DNA from: Candidatus Latescibacterota bacterium
Lineage (GTDB): Bacteria; Latescibacterota; UBA2968; UBA8231
Direction of reading: 5' to 3'
Assembly (NCBI GenBank): GCA_965200315.1
Contig: OZ241362.1
Location: 1,152,001-1,216,000 of the forward strand
DNA: 64,000 bases
The translations under genes and the position numbers were made by a program. Shown piece after piece: positions 19,627 to 28,711 of the stretch; position 1 is the first letter of the stretch, and each line of letters starts with the position of its first letter. The notes under the pieces are model-generated. The model was not told the origin of the DNA. It did no database searches and was given only the letters and a program-made list of their open reading frames with translations.

Positions 19627-20901
19627 TTACTCTAGGGTATAGGTACCCATGTAATTGACGTGGTCGCAGTCCTTGTCGGCGCTGGTGATATCGTCCCACG
19701 GATCCGGGGCTACTAGGCCATCCGATTCATAGACAATTTTGAACTGGCCGTTCTTTTTGATTTCGCCGATATAGACGGGTTTGTGCAGATGGTGATTGCG
19801 CTCGTCCATCATCACTTGGCCGCCCGGCGAGTCAAACGCCAGCCCGTAGAGCGCCGGCCGCACCTTTTCCACGTCAAAGGAACCGGCCTTTTCGACCGCA
19901 CCCTTCCACAGATAGACCCCAGTATAGGCCCAGAGAATCGGATCGTCGGTGACGCGCTTTAAGCCGCCGGGCAAATCGTTGTCCGCGCAGTACTTCTTGA
20001 AGCTCTTGACGAAATCCCGATTTTCCTTGGTGGCGACGGACTGGAAGTAGTTCCAAGCCGCCAGATGACCGACCAAAAACTCGGTATCCATCGCCCGCAG
20101 TTCGTCTTCGGCCACTGAAAAGGCCATGATCGGGCACATTGCCGAAGTCAGCCCCTGATTGGCGAATTCCTTGTAGAAGGGCACGTTGGAATCGCCGTTG
20201 ATCGTGCTCAAGACCGCGGCTTTACCATCGGCGGCGAAATTCTTGATCTTCTGCACGATGGTCTGGTAATCCTGATGGTGGAAGGGCGTGTACTCCTCCA
20301 TGATATTCTCCTCGGGCACCCCTTGGTTGAGGAGATAGGCGCGCAGGATTTTGTTGGCCGTGCGCGGGAATACGTAGTCCGTGCCGAGCAGATAGAATTT
20401 CTCGTACCCGCCGCCTTCTTCGCTCATCAGATACTGGGCGGCTGGGATCAACTGCTGGTTGGGGGTAGCCCCTGTATAAATGATGTTGCGCGAACACTCT
20501 TCGCCCTCGTACTGGACCGGATAGAACAGCAGCCCGGCGTTTTCCTCAAAAACCGGCAACACCGATTTGCGCGACACCGAAGTCCAGCATCCGAAGACGG
20601 ACGCCACCTCGTGCTCTAGCAACAACTCTTTGGACTTTTCGGCGAACAGGTCCCAGTCGGACGCCGGATCGACGACCACCGGCTCAATTTTGCGGCCCAG
20701 CACACCGCCGTTGGAATTGATTTCTTCAACCGCCATCAGCACGGCGTCGCGCAGCGATACCTCCGAGATAGCCATCGTGCCGCTGAGCGAGTGCAGGACG
20801 CCCACTTTGACTGGCTCCTGCGCCCGGGCGCTTGAATGCATCCCAGCGACGATTAGCCCTAAGGCGACAAACGCAATCCAAAACTTACTTGGTCCTCTCA
20901 T
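19627..20901 (-). CDS. urtA: Urea ABC transporter substrate-binding protein
   Basis: KVGVLHSLSGTMAISE, FGCWTSVSRKSVLPVFE, FYPVQYEG, GTDYVFPRTANKI, STINGDSN. Confidence 0.96.
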   Translation of the reverse strand: MRGPSKFWIAFVALGLIVAGMHSSARAQEPVKVGVLHSLSGTMAISEVSLRDAVLMAVEEINSNGGVLGRKIEPVVVDPASDWDLFAEKSKELLLEHEVASVFGCWTSVSRKSVLPVFEENAGLLFYPVQYEGEECSRNIIYTGATPNQQLIPAAQYLMSEEGGGYEKFYLLGTDYVFPRTANKILRAYLLNQGVPEENIMEEYTPFHHQDYQTIVQKIKNFAADGKAAVLSTINGDSNVPFYKEFANQGLTSAMCPIMAFSVAEDELRAMDTEFLVGHLAAWNYFQSVATKENRDFVKSFKKYCADNDLPGGLKRVTDDPILWAYTGVYLWKGAVEKAGSFDVEKVRPALYGLAFDSPGGQVMMDERNHHLHKPVYIGEIKKNGQFKIVYESDGLVAPDPWDDITSADKDCDHVNYMGTYTLE

Positions 20902-20987
20902 TAATCCCTCCAAAAATTGTAGTGTTAAATGGCCGAGCGACAACGCACTCTAATATTCCGGCTCAGACCGATTTCGCTCTCTCTATG

Positions 20988-21002
20988 GCAAAAAGGATAC
21001 CA
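20988..21002 (-). promoter_or_regulatory. Sigma-54 (-24/-12) promoter for the urt-ure operon
   Basis: Minus strand TGGTATCCTTTTTGC = GG-N10-GC, about 90 bp upstream of the urtA ATG. Confidence 0.7.
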
Positions 21003-21326
21003 GAACGGCATCCTCAGCATTCCATAGACGGAGCAGGAGGGAACATTTTTGGTACTATCTCTTTATGTCGCAAAGAGATACGCAATTTGTAATTTTGTTA
21101 TTTTTTATTACGTAAATGGAATTTTTGGCCGTTTGGTCGCTTAGTTTTTTGAGCAATAGACGACAGATACGTAATTTTTGAAATTCAAAAACAGACATAT
21201 ATGTCGCTTTAATGCCGCTTTTTGCACCTCACTGCGGGGCAAAATCCATGCTTCGCGGCACTTTGCGGCTAGGAAGAACAGCCGGAAAATACAATTATGT
21301 AATTTTTGAATTTGCGGCCGAAGAGA

Positions 21327-22172
21327 TCAATACTTTCGGCGCAGTGGATTTTCGCCTAGGACTTGGGGCAGAGATACGGCCGTCGCGAGCGCGTGCAAGA
21401 CTTCCGCTAGATCGCCATTGGTTCGCCCCAAGGCGCGGAGCGCGAGGACGCCGGGACGAGGTTCGGCGAGCGAAACCAACGTTGCCTTGCTCGTCGTCCC
21501 GCACGTCCGCTGGTCAGTAAGCAGCGGCGCTAAGGCACAGCGCAGCACTTCCTCAACGGCAGAGCGCACTGGAGCGCCGACGATAAAGGCATTGGCGAAT
21601 GCCGAGTATGGGCCAAAAGCCCCAACGCGGTCGGGGGCCTGCTGCTTGGGCTGCAAACGCAAGCGTTCGGCCAATACCAGTTCGCCTTCCGAGTAGATGG
21701 ATATATTAGATGTATAAGAGCTGTAGTGGAACTGCTCGCCGCGTGCGCCGCGGCCTGCGGTGCCTCCGTCGAGCAAGACCAGCGAGGCACCCGCCCTTAG
21801 ATGCCAGACCTGTTCCTGCACAAAGGCGCTGTCGGCATAGGGCACCACCGGATCGGGCAGCGATACGACGCAAGCACCTGCTTCGATGTGCCCGGCTAGC
21901 TCTTGACGTGCGACCTTACCGCCGGTGGTCTTGTACACTTTGGTAAAGGACTGCGTGCCCAAAAAGAGCTTGGCCGACCGACCGCAGCGCACGCGCAGCC
22001 GAGCGCAATCGCCGGCGACCAAACCGCCGCCATAGCTCGAAAGCACGGCCGTGCTGTAATCGGCCTCAACCTTGGGGCTGAGGATTTTCAACGGCGCGAC
22101 GGCCAAGCAGGATGTCAACCGCGACCTTCCCCCAACGCGGCTCACTTCGACGATGGACCAACCCTCGTCCAT
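21327..22172 (-). CDS. ureD: Urease accessory protein UreD
   Basis: PLKILSP, SSYGGGLVAGD, TQSFTKVYK, PDPVVPY, AGR.ARGE, ends RRKY. Confidence 0.9.
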   Translation of the reverse strand: MDEGWSIVEVSRVGGRSRLTSCLAVAPLKILSPKVEADYSTAVLSSYGGGLVAGDCARLRVRCGRSAKLFLGTQSFTKVYKTTGGKVARQELAGHIEAGACVVSLPDPVVPYADSAFVQEQVWHLRAGASLVLLDGGTAGRGARGEQFHYSSYTSNISIYSEGELVLAERLRLQPKQQAPDRVGAFGPYSAFANAFIVGAPVRSAVEEVLRCALAPLLTDQRTCGTTSKATLVSLAEPRPGVLALRALGRTNGDLAEVLHALATAVSLPQVLGENPLRRKY

Positions 22173-22173
22173 G

Positions 22174-22950
22174 CTAAAAGACCGGCGCTAACCAACCCCC
22201 ATCAACGGGCAACGCCGTCCCGGTAATCCACTCCGCGTCATTCGAGGCAAAAAACACCACCGCCCGCCCAATATCCCGCGGCAAGCCCAAGCGCGGCAAA
22301 GGCGTATCCCGCCGACATTGCTCGATAATTTCCGCGGTCAAATAGTCTTGAATCGGCGTTTCGATATAGCCGGGGCACACTGCATTGACCGTGACATTGT
22401 CTCCGGCTAGTTCCAACGCCAAATCGCGCGTCAGATTCACCGCCCCGGCCTTTGTCGGCGCATAGGCTGGACCGCCGCCGCCGCCAAAGGCGTGGACCGA
22501 GGCGATGTTGACGATGCGCCCGGCCGCGGATTTTCTCAGATAGGGCGCGGCAAATTTGGTCGCGAGGAAGATCGAGCGCAGGTTGACACCGATGACCCGG
22601 TCCCAATCCTCGACGGACAGTTCTTGGCTGTCCCCCGGTATGATGATCCCGGCGTTGTTGACCAGAATATCCACCCCGCCAAAGCACTCGACGCTGCGGG
22701 CGATTAGGTTTTCCACGGCCTTTTCGTCGGCTACATCGGTCTCGACGAAGAGCGCCTCGCCGCCTTCCCCCGCAATGACCTCGGCCGTGGGCGGCTGTGG
22801 CTCGGTCTCGTGAAACTTGCCGATCTTGGGCGCTTCCTGCCTATCGGCCACTACGACCTTGGCTCCTTCGCAGGCCAGTTCGAGACAAATACCCCGTCCA
22901 ATCCCCGAACTTCCTCCGGTAACAACGGCGATGCGATCCTGTAAACGCAT
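22174..22950 (-). CDS. Short-chain dehydrogenase/reductase (SDR)
   Basis: TGGSSGIG, NNAG, YAPTK (YxxxK), VNAVCPG, ITGTALPVDGG. Confidence 0.95.
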   Translation of the reverse strand: MRLQDRIAVVTGGSSGIGRGICLELACEGAKVVVADRQEAPKIGKFHETEPQPPTAEVIAGEGGEALFVETDVADEKAVENLIARSVECFGGVDILVNNAGIIIPGDSQELSVEDWDRVIGVNLRSIFLATKFAAPYLRKSAAGRIVNIASVHAFGGGGGPAYAPTKAGAVNLTRDLALELAGDNVTVNAVCPGYIETPIQDYLTAEIIEQCRRDTPLPRLGLPRDIGRAVVFFASNDAEWITGTALPVDGGWLAPVF

Positions 22951-23065
22951 GATTTTCCTCCTGTTTGTCGCACAATCTACGGCGGTCGGAAGGGGGGGAC
23001 AAGACAGCCTCGCCGGTCGATATGGGCCATTTGCAGTAGCGGCCAATGGACTCTAAAATAGTGCC

Positions 23066-23686
23066 ATGCCTGCAAGTCTATTTATTCCAAAGCGCAAAAG
23101 TCTACTCTGCGCGATCGCTTGCTGTCTATGCCTGTCCTTTGGGTCTGCCTCAGCCGACGACTCCATCCGCGTCCAGATCGAAGCGCTGCGCACCGCCAAG
23201 GACAGCCTGCTCAAAAGCGAGGATTCGCCGCTCTTGCCGGCACAGCGCGTCCACTTCAAGCGGCTTGCCTACTATCCCATCGACCTCCGCTATCGCCTGA
23301 GGGGCGAGCTGCATATCTACGGCCGCCAGCGCATCGTCGAAATTCCTAATACCGACGGCACCACCACCGAGTTGGAGCGATTTGGGCGCTTTGTTTCGGC
23401 CTTTGGCGAAAAAGACTTTTGGCTAGAGGTGTACCGCAGCCCGCAAACCGGCGAAACGGAGGTCTTCTTCAAGGATTTGACCAATGGCCACACCACGTAT
23501 GGGGGCGGGCGCTATGCGCGCCTGACCCGGGAGGACGATGGCATGTATATTATTGATTTCAATAACGCTTATAATCCATACTGCGCGTACAATCCCATCT
23601 ATATTTGCCCGCTGCCCCCGCAACAAAACCACCTCGATTTTGCGGTGGAAGCCGGCGAGCTAATGCCCGCTGCCGCTCCTCCCTGA
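23066..23686 (+). CDS. DUF1684 domain exported protein
   Basis: Signal peptide; LAYYPID, FKDLTNG..TYGGGRY, IDFNNAYNPYCAYN...CPLPP..N.L. Confidence 0.92.
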   Translation: MPASLFIPKRKSLLCAIACCLCLSFGSASADDSIRVQIEALRTAKDSLLKSEDSPLLPAQRVHFKRLAYYPIDLRYRLRGELHIYGRQRIVEIPNTDGTTTELERFGRFVSAFGEKDFWLEVYRSPQTGETEVFFKDLTNGHTTYGGGRYARLTREDDGMYIIDFNNAYNPYCAYNPIYICPLPPQQNHLDFAVEAGELMPAAAPP

Positions 23687-23755
23687 TGCGCCGGGCACGT
23701 TTTTTGCGTATAATTTTCGCCCACTGCAGCGCACCCTCGCCCCCCGCTAACGCGC

Positions 23756-25600
23756 ATGAAAGCATTCCTCACACGACTCGAACAAGCCGCTGATTTGCGC
23801 GAAGTCCAATCGCTCGTTGATCACATTCTCGATGCGGCGCGGTCCGGCGGCAAACCCGAGGAAAAACGCCGTTTCCTCCGTGACTTGCTCTTCAATCGGG
23901 TGCTTTTGTCCCGCTTAGAGACCCCGGCGGCCCTCGACGCGCTTCTCGCGGCAACCACGCCCGACGAGTGGGAAGCCCTCTTCGGCGCTGCGGTCGCCCA
24001 AGAGCTGCCGCAGCTAACCGTCGATCTCGTTGATGGCTTGGTCGATTTCGACCACCGGCAATTGCTGCGGCTTTTGCCCCCCCAATCCTCCAAGGCGCTC
24101 TTGCAGGTTCTCAGACGCCTCAATACCTATTTAGAAGAATGCGATAACTCGGCCCGCTATCTACGCGGCATGCGCACCGCCCGCATCATGGCCGACATCT
24201 ACCGAACGCTCGCTGCCGAGTCGCGGGTCTGGCGGCGAGCGCTGCCGCCCTGCTGCATCGACGGCCAAGCCATCGTCCAGCTCAAAGAGGCCAAGCAAAC
24301 TGACAAACTAGCCGCGGCCTACGAGACGCGGATCAACCAGCTACAGAGCCTTGACCTCCAGCACAGCTTGGCCGCCTTCGGCAGGGGTCGCACCGCTGCG
24401 CCGCGCATGATCAAAGCGGCCCACGACCAAGCCTTTTGCATTCAATCGCCCCTGCGTCTAGGAATCTCCAGCGCCAATGCCTCGGACAATCACCTGCGCA
24501 GCAAGGAACAGGGCGGCAAGACCCTCAACATCGCCGTCAATCTGCAACAAGGCCGGGAAAAGCAGGCCCAACCGCCGCTACAAGTCACCGCGCGGAGGCT
24601 GCCCGAACCCCAACTCATCCTCCGCTCGCGCTCCCAAGGCTTCAAGGCCGACTTTGAGGTGAACAAACAAAGCGCGGCCACAACCGTCAGCGAGCTGTTT
24701 TTTGCCTATCGCCGCAGCGGCGACGAATCGCTGCGGTTGGTCAAGCAAGGGCTGGTCCACGCAGGCATCGTCCGGCCAAACTCCACAGACGTCATCAAAG
24801 ACATCGCCGCCTTTACCGGTGGCGGTGGCCTAGAAATCACTACGAGTAGTAAGGTGTTACAAGGCTCCGGCCTAGGGACCAGCGGCATCTTGTCTGCCGC
24901 CATCCTCAAAATGCTCTACCACCTCTCCGGCCATCCCTACGCCGCCTCTGCGGACGAGTACCCCGGCCTCTACGACCAAAGTCTCATGCTCGAACAGAGC
25001 CTCGGCCTCAACAGCGGTTGGCAGGATGCGCGCGGTGCCAGCGGCGGCCCCTCGGCCATCAAGAACTTTTACGCGCCGCCGACCAATGGCCTGCCCGCGC
25101 CCGAGCGCACGTTCCTCACCGAGGTGGACGAGCGCTTGTTCACCGAGCGGGTCGTGCTCTTCGATACGGGAATATCGCGCTCGGCTACCCGCGGCCTCAA
25201 CGTCGTTCTCGATGCCTATCTGTCGCGCGATCACCAGCGCTATGCCGCCATCCGCGAGTCGCTGGCCATTCACGACGACATGGTAGCTGCGCTGTGTACA
25301 GGCGCATACGCCGATCTCGGGCGGCTAGCCAACCGCTACTGGCAGTTGCGCTGCATCCTCGACCCCCAAGCCACCAACGACGCCCTGCAACACCTTTTTG
25401 AGAATCCGCAGATTACCGACCTGACCGAGGGCGGGCTTCTCACCGGAGCTGGCGGCGGCGGCTTTGCCCTCCTCATTGCCGCCGAGGGGCAAGCCGCCGA
25501 GCTGCGCACTAGGCTCGTCAAGCTGCGCCAACACGCGGCTTTTGCCAACAGCAGGGTGGTCTTCTATCAGCTCAATGCCCAAGGCATCCATCTCGCGTGA
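23756..25600 (+). CDS. GHMP-family kinase (fucokinase/heptose-kinase-like) with long N-terminal helical extension
   Basis: QGSGLGTSG ATP loop, LEQ.LG..SGWQD, GGLLTGAGGGGF. Confidence 0.8.
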   Translation: MKAFLTRLEQAADLREVQSLVDHILDAARSGGKPEEKRRFLRDLLFNRVLLSRLETPAALDALLAATTPDEWEALFGAAVAQELPQLTVDLVDGLVDFDHRQLLRLLPPQSSKALLQVLRRLNTYLEECDNSARYLRGMRTARIMADIYRTLAAESRVWRRALPPCCIDGQAIVQLKEAKQTDKLAAAYETRINQLQSLDLQHSLAAFGRGRTAAPRMIKAAHDQAFCIQSPLRLGISSANASDNHLRSKEQGGKTLNIAVNLQQGREKQAQPPLQVTARRLPEPQLILRSRSQGFKADFEVNKQSAATTVSELFFAYRRSGDESLRLVKQGLVHAGIVRPNSTDVIKDIAAFTGGGGLEITTSSKVLQGSGLGTSGILSAAILKMLYHLSGHPYAASADEYPGLYDQSLMLEQSLGLNSGWQDARGASGGPSAIKNFYAPPTNGLPAPERTFLTEVDERLFTERVVLFDTGISRSATRGLNVVLDAYLSRDHQRYAAIRESLAIHDDMVAALCTGAYADLGRLANRYWQLRCILDPQATNDALQHLFENPQITDLTEGGLLTGAGGGGFALLIAAEGQAAELRTRLVKLRQHAAFANSRVVFYQLNAQGIHLA

Positions 25601-26253
25601 GGACGGCAACGGTGGCTACCAAGAGAGAGCACTTGCTCATAGACGGCTACAACCTCATCAAAGTGAGCCAGCTTTTCCAAGCCCGCGGCGACTCGCTAAA
25701 ACGAGCGCGTAACCGCTTGGAGCAAGCACTCGCCGCCTATGGTCGCCGCACCAACAAGCACATTGCGCTGTACTACGACGGCACCGGCGCAGTGCCGAGC
25801 ACTGCCAGCGCAAGCAGCCCGTATGTCACCATAGAATTCTCGCGCTACCCTGAGCAGGCCGACGACCTGATCGCGCAGGCGGTCGAAAAAAAGCACGGTG
25901 CCAAGTGGCTGCGGGTCATCAGCTCGGACCGCGCCGTCCAGCGCTGCGCCGCGCGCCACAAGATCCGCTCAACCTGTTCTGAGGATTTTCTCGACGAACT
26001 CACAGGCCCTGTGCAGGAGTCGAGCGAACCCACACCTGCGCCCGCCCGCGACGGCACCGAATCCCACCCGCCGCTCGACCCAAGCGAACTAGACAGCTGG
26101 GAAGCCTTATTTCGCAAGAAAGCTGACGAGGCACCCAATGCGCCCGCACCCGCGCCTGCGCCCACCCGCAACGGCACCGAATCCCACCCGCCGCTCAACC
26201 CCAGCGAATTAGACTGCTGGGAAGCCGTGTTCCGCAAGAAAGCCGACCGCTAG
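25597..26253 (+). CDS. YacP/Rae1-like NYN-domain protein with duplicated C-terminal tail
   Basis: LIDGYNL, YYDG, ADDLI, VISSDRAV motifs. Confidence 0.85.
   Translation: MRTATVATKREHLLIDGYNLIKVSQLFQARGDSLKRARNRLEQALAAYGRRTNKHIALYYDGTGAVPSTASASSPYVTIEFSRYPEQADDLIAQAVEKKHGAKWLRVISSDRAVQRCAARHKIRSTCSEDFLDELTGPVQESSEPTPAPARDGTESHPPLDPSELDSWEALFRKKADEAPNAPAPAPAPTRNGTESHPPLNPSELDCWEAVFRKKADR
26035..26247 (+). repeat. Intragenic tandem duplication, 120-bp period
   Basis: PAPARDGTESHPPLDPSELDSWEALFRKKAD vs PAPTRNGTESHPPLNPSELDCWEAVFRKKAD; DNA copies at about 26035-26127 and 26155-26247. Confidence 0.93.
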
Positions 26254-26924
26254 GGCAGCGCGAGGTCGCGCAGCACGGCCAAGCTGTGCTGTCCTTGGGT
26301 ACCGCCCGTCCGCGCCAAGGCTTCGAGATGCACCTTTAGGAACCCGGCCTCAGCCGGCGTATCCACATCGTACCATGGCGGCAGCAGGCCGAGCGTCTGC
26401 GTCCCCAAGCGCGCTAGGGTTTGCGCGAATACCATCCCGGTGCTCCAAGCCACGTCTTGGAATATCCGGCTTTCCCCTTTGCGTCGGCCCACCAAGTAGT
26501 AGCCGCCGTCCGTGCTCGGGCCTAAGACCACTTCCTTCTCGCGCAACAGCACCAGCCCCTCGTCGATGTAGTTGGCTGGCAGAGAAGGGCTGTCCGAGCC
26601 GACGAGGACCACTCGTTCAGCTCCCCGCGCAAACCCCCACTGCATCAGGCCCTCCATCCGCTGCCCTAGCTCGCCTTCGGGCTGCGGCACGTACTCGAAG
26701 GTGCCAATCGGACTCAGCAGGGCGCACAGGGCGTCTTCGGCATGGGTCGGAGTAAAGGCCACGACCTTGGCAGTAGCCTGTGTCGCATGCAACTCAGTCG
26801 CGCAATCGAGCAGCAGGGCCTCGTACAGACGTGCGGCGTCTTGGGCACTCAGATGGCTCTGGAGCCGGGTTTTGACCGCTCCGGGAGCTGGTTTTTTGGC
26901 AAACAGCACGGCGCAGGTGGACAT
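26250..26924 (-). CDS. TIGR04282/DUF2064 family glycosyltransferase-like protein
   Basis: FAKKPAPGAVKTRL, QPEGELGQRM, VGSDSP, VLGPSTDGGYYLVG, WST, WYDVDTP. Confidence 0.92.
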   Translation of the reverse strand: MSTCAVLFAKKPAPGAVKTRLQSHLSAQDAARLYEALLLDCATELHATQATAKVVAFTPTHAEDALCALLSPIGTFEYVPQPEGELGQRMEGLMQWGFARGAERVVLVGSDSPSLPANYIDEGLVLLREKEVVLGPSTDGGYYLVGRRKGESRIFQDVAWSTGMVFAQTLARLGTQTLGLLPPWYDVDTPAEAGFLKVHLEALARTGGTQGQHSLAVLRDLALP

Positions 26925-27014
26925 CTACTTCCCCCTATTGTCTATCGTCGGCAGACCGCCTATTTTCTGCAATATAATTCGCGGCAACCTTTCACAAAAT
27001 CAACCGAGGAGCTC

Positions 27015-28211
27015 ATGGCCCAAGTCAATATCGTTCGCCACAACCCCATCGCCATCTTTTCCAACCCCACCGAAGTAATCATCACCGACGACAACGGCCA
27101 CGTCGTGCGCCTAGTCGAGCCTTCGGGCAACGTCGGCACCCAATACGCCAACGACGTCGGATCGGAGTGGTTCGGCACTATCGAGAATCTCAACAAGGGG
27201 CTCGAAATTTGCGGCGTCCACTGGTCCGACGTGTACAAGACCGACGTCCTGTGGACCACCCCCTCTGCCGACCGCGACGAGTGCGACCAGCGCAAAAACG
27301 ACTTCAACGCCTGCTACGGCGCCATGATCGCCGCGGTCACCGGCGGTCCCTTGCGCTCCAACCGCATGGCCCGCTTCACCCACCCGGAAGGCTTCCCGGA
27401 CCCAGCGGCCCTTTTCGAAATTCAGATCAAAGCCTGTGCCGGCGAAACCGTCTCCATCAGCGGTGGCACAATCGACTACGGCACCTGGGTCGATCACCAG
27501 CCCTCGGGTGCCTCGGTCATGCACCAGCGCGACGGCGAAATGATCACCACGCTCGGCGACGACTTGGCCGAAGAAATGCGCTTCGTCCTCGAAGAGCAAT
27601 ACGCCAAGCCCTTTGCCGAGCAAGGCGTTGACTTCAAAAAGCAGACCGTATTCATGGAGATTCTCGTGGCCGTGGACGACGATCCAGACAAAACTTGGGA
27701 GCGCATCGAGACCACCCGCCAAGTCTTTGCGGATTACTACGGAGACGACCGCCCCGCCGGCCTGATCTACCCGGTGTCGCGGATCCCCAATCTCGACGGC
27801 ATCGTCGAGCCTCAGCCCCGCGTGGTCTCCGGCGAGGTCGAAATCGTGCGCTCGGGGCAGATCGAGGACGGCTTCTCGACTTGGGCGGGTTTGCGCCACC
27901 ACGGCGTACGCGAAGTCCACGTCTCAGCCGTCGGTGGCAGCGACGCCGGCCAGCAGCTTGGCACGCTCGACGCCCGGATCAAGGAAGCCGGCGGCGCGGG
28001 CCTCAAGGAGGACGGTGTCTTCAACAACGCCTACATCGTCGCCGGGGCCGATTCCGCGCAAAATCGCGCTGGATTGGTCGCCTTCAACGAGTCCTTCAGC
28101 GCGTACTACGCCGGCACGGCACCGGCTGGCCGCACCGCCCAGTTTATCGGCGGCATCCAGCAGCAAGGCCATCAGAGCGGCATCGCCACCCGGGCGATCT
28201 TCGCCGAGTAG
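27015..28211 (+). CDS. Putative triple Rid (YjgF/YER057c/UK114)-domain protein
   Basis: ATG with GAGGAG RBS; 398 aa; three approx. 130-aa units each with a Rid-like pattern (SG.V / ENL..GL..CG..WSDVYKT / FN..Y / PA / LFEIQ). Confidence 0.6.
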   Translation: MAQVNIVRHNPIAIFSNPTEVIITDDNGHVVRLVEPSGNVGTQYANDVGSEWFGTIENLNKGLEICGVHWSDVYKTDVLWTTPSADRDECDQRKNDFNACYGAMIAAVTGGPLRSNRMARFTHPEGFPDPAALFEIQIKACAGETVSISGGTIDYGTWVDHQPSGASVMHQRDGEMITTLGDDLAEEMRFVLEEQYAKPFAEQGVDFKKQTVFMEILVAVDDDPDKTWERIETTRQVFADYYGDDRPAGLIYPVSRIPNLDGIVEPQPRVVSGEVEIVRSGQIEDGFSTWAGLRHHGVREVHVSAVGGSDAGQQLGTLDARIKEAGGAGLKEDGVFNNAYIVAGADSAQNRAGLVAFNESFSAYYAGTAPAGRTAQFIGGIQQQGHQSGIATRAIFAE

Positions 28212-28215
28212 TCCC

Positions 28216-28710
28216 GTGCTCAGCGCCGACAAGATCATCGCCGCCCTCGAACGGCACGGCATTACGCACGTGCTAGGCGTGCCCGATAACGGCTCGTGCG
28301 TCCTGTACGAGCGCCTGTGGGACCACGACACCATCGAAGTGATCCTCACCAGCCGCGAGGGCGAGGCCTATGGCTTGGCCTCTGGCCTGTATTTGGGCGG
28401 CGCCCATCCGCTGGTACTGATCCAGAATACGGGCTTTTTGGAAGCCGGCGACGCCTTCCGCGGCACGGCCTACAACATGGGTATTCCTCTCGTCATGCTC
28501 GTCGGCTACCGCGGCTACGCCACCATGACCCGAGGTGCCCCCCGGGTCGATACGGCCGCCACCTTCTTCGAGCCGACCCTCAAGGCTTGGAACATCCCCT
28601 ACAGCGCCATGCACACAGACGACGACTGTGGTCAAATCGACGCCGCGTTCGCCAAGGCTCAAGAGACCTCGCTGCCAACCGCTGTGCTGCTGGTCGTGGA
28701 GACTGCATAA
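28216..28710 (+). CDS. ThDP-dependent decarboxylase alpha subunit (ComD/phosphonopyruvate-decarboxylase-like)
   Basis: GITHVLGVPD, REGEAYGLASG..LGG, IQNTG, IPLVMLVGYRG; GTG start. Confidence 0.85.
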   Translation: MLSADKIIAALERHGITHVLGVPDNGSCVLYERLWDHDTIEVILTSREGEAYGLASGLYLGGAHPLVLIQNTGFLEAGDAFRGTAYNMGIPLVMLVGYRGYATMTRGAPRVDTAATFFEPTLKAWNIPYSAMHTDDDCGQIDAAFAKAQETSLPTAVLLVVETA

Positions 28711-28711
28711 G

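Noticed and set aside
26250-26924. Arsenosugar or selenosugar biosynthesis cluster
   Set aside because: Only the DUF2064-type gene is present; no radical SAM, methyltransferase or partner glycosyltransferase nearby
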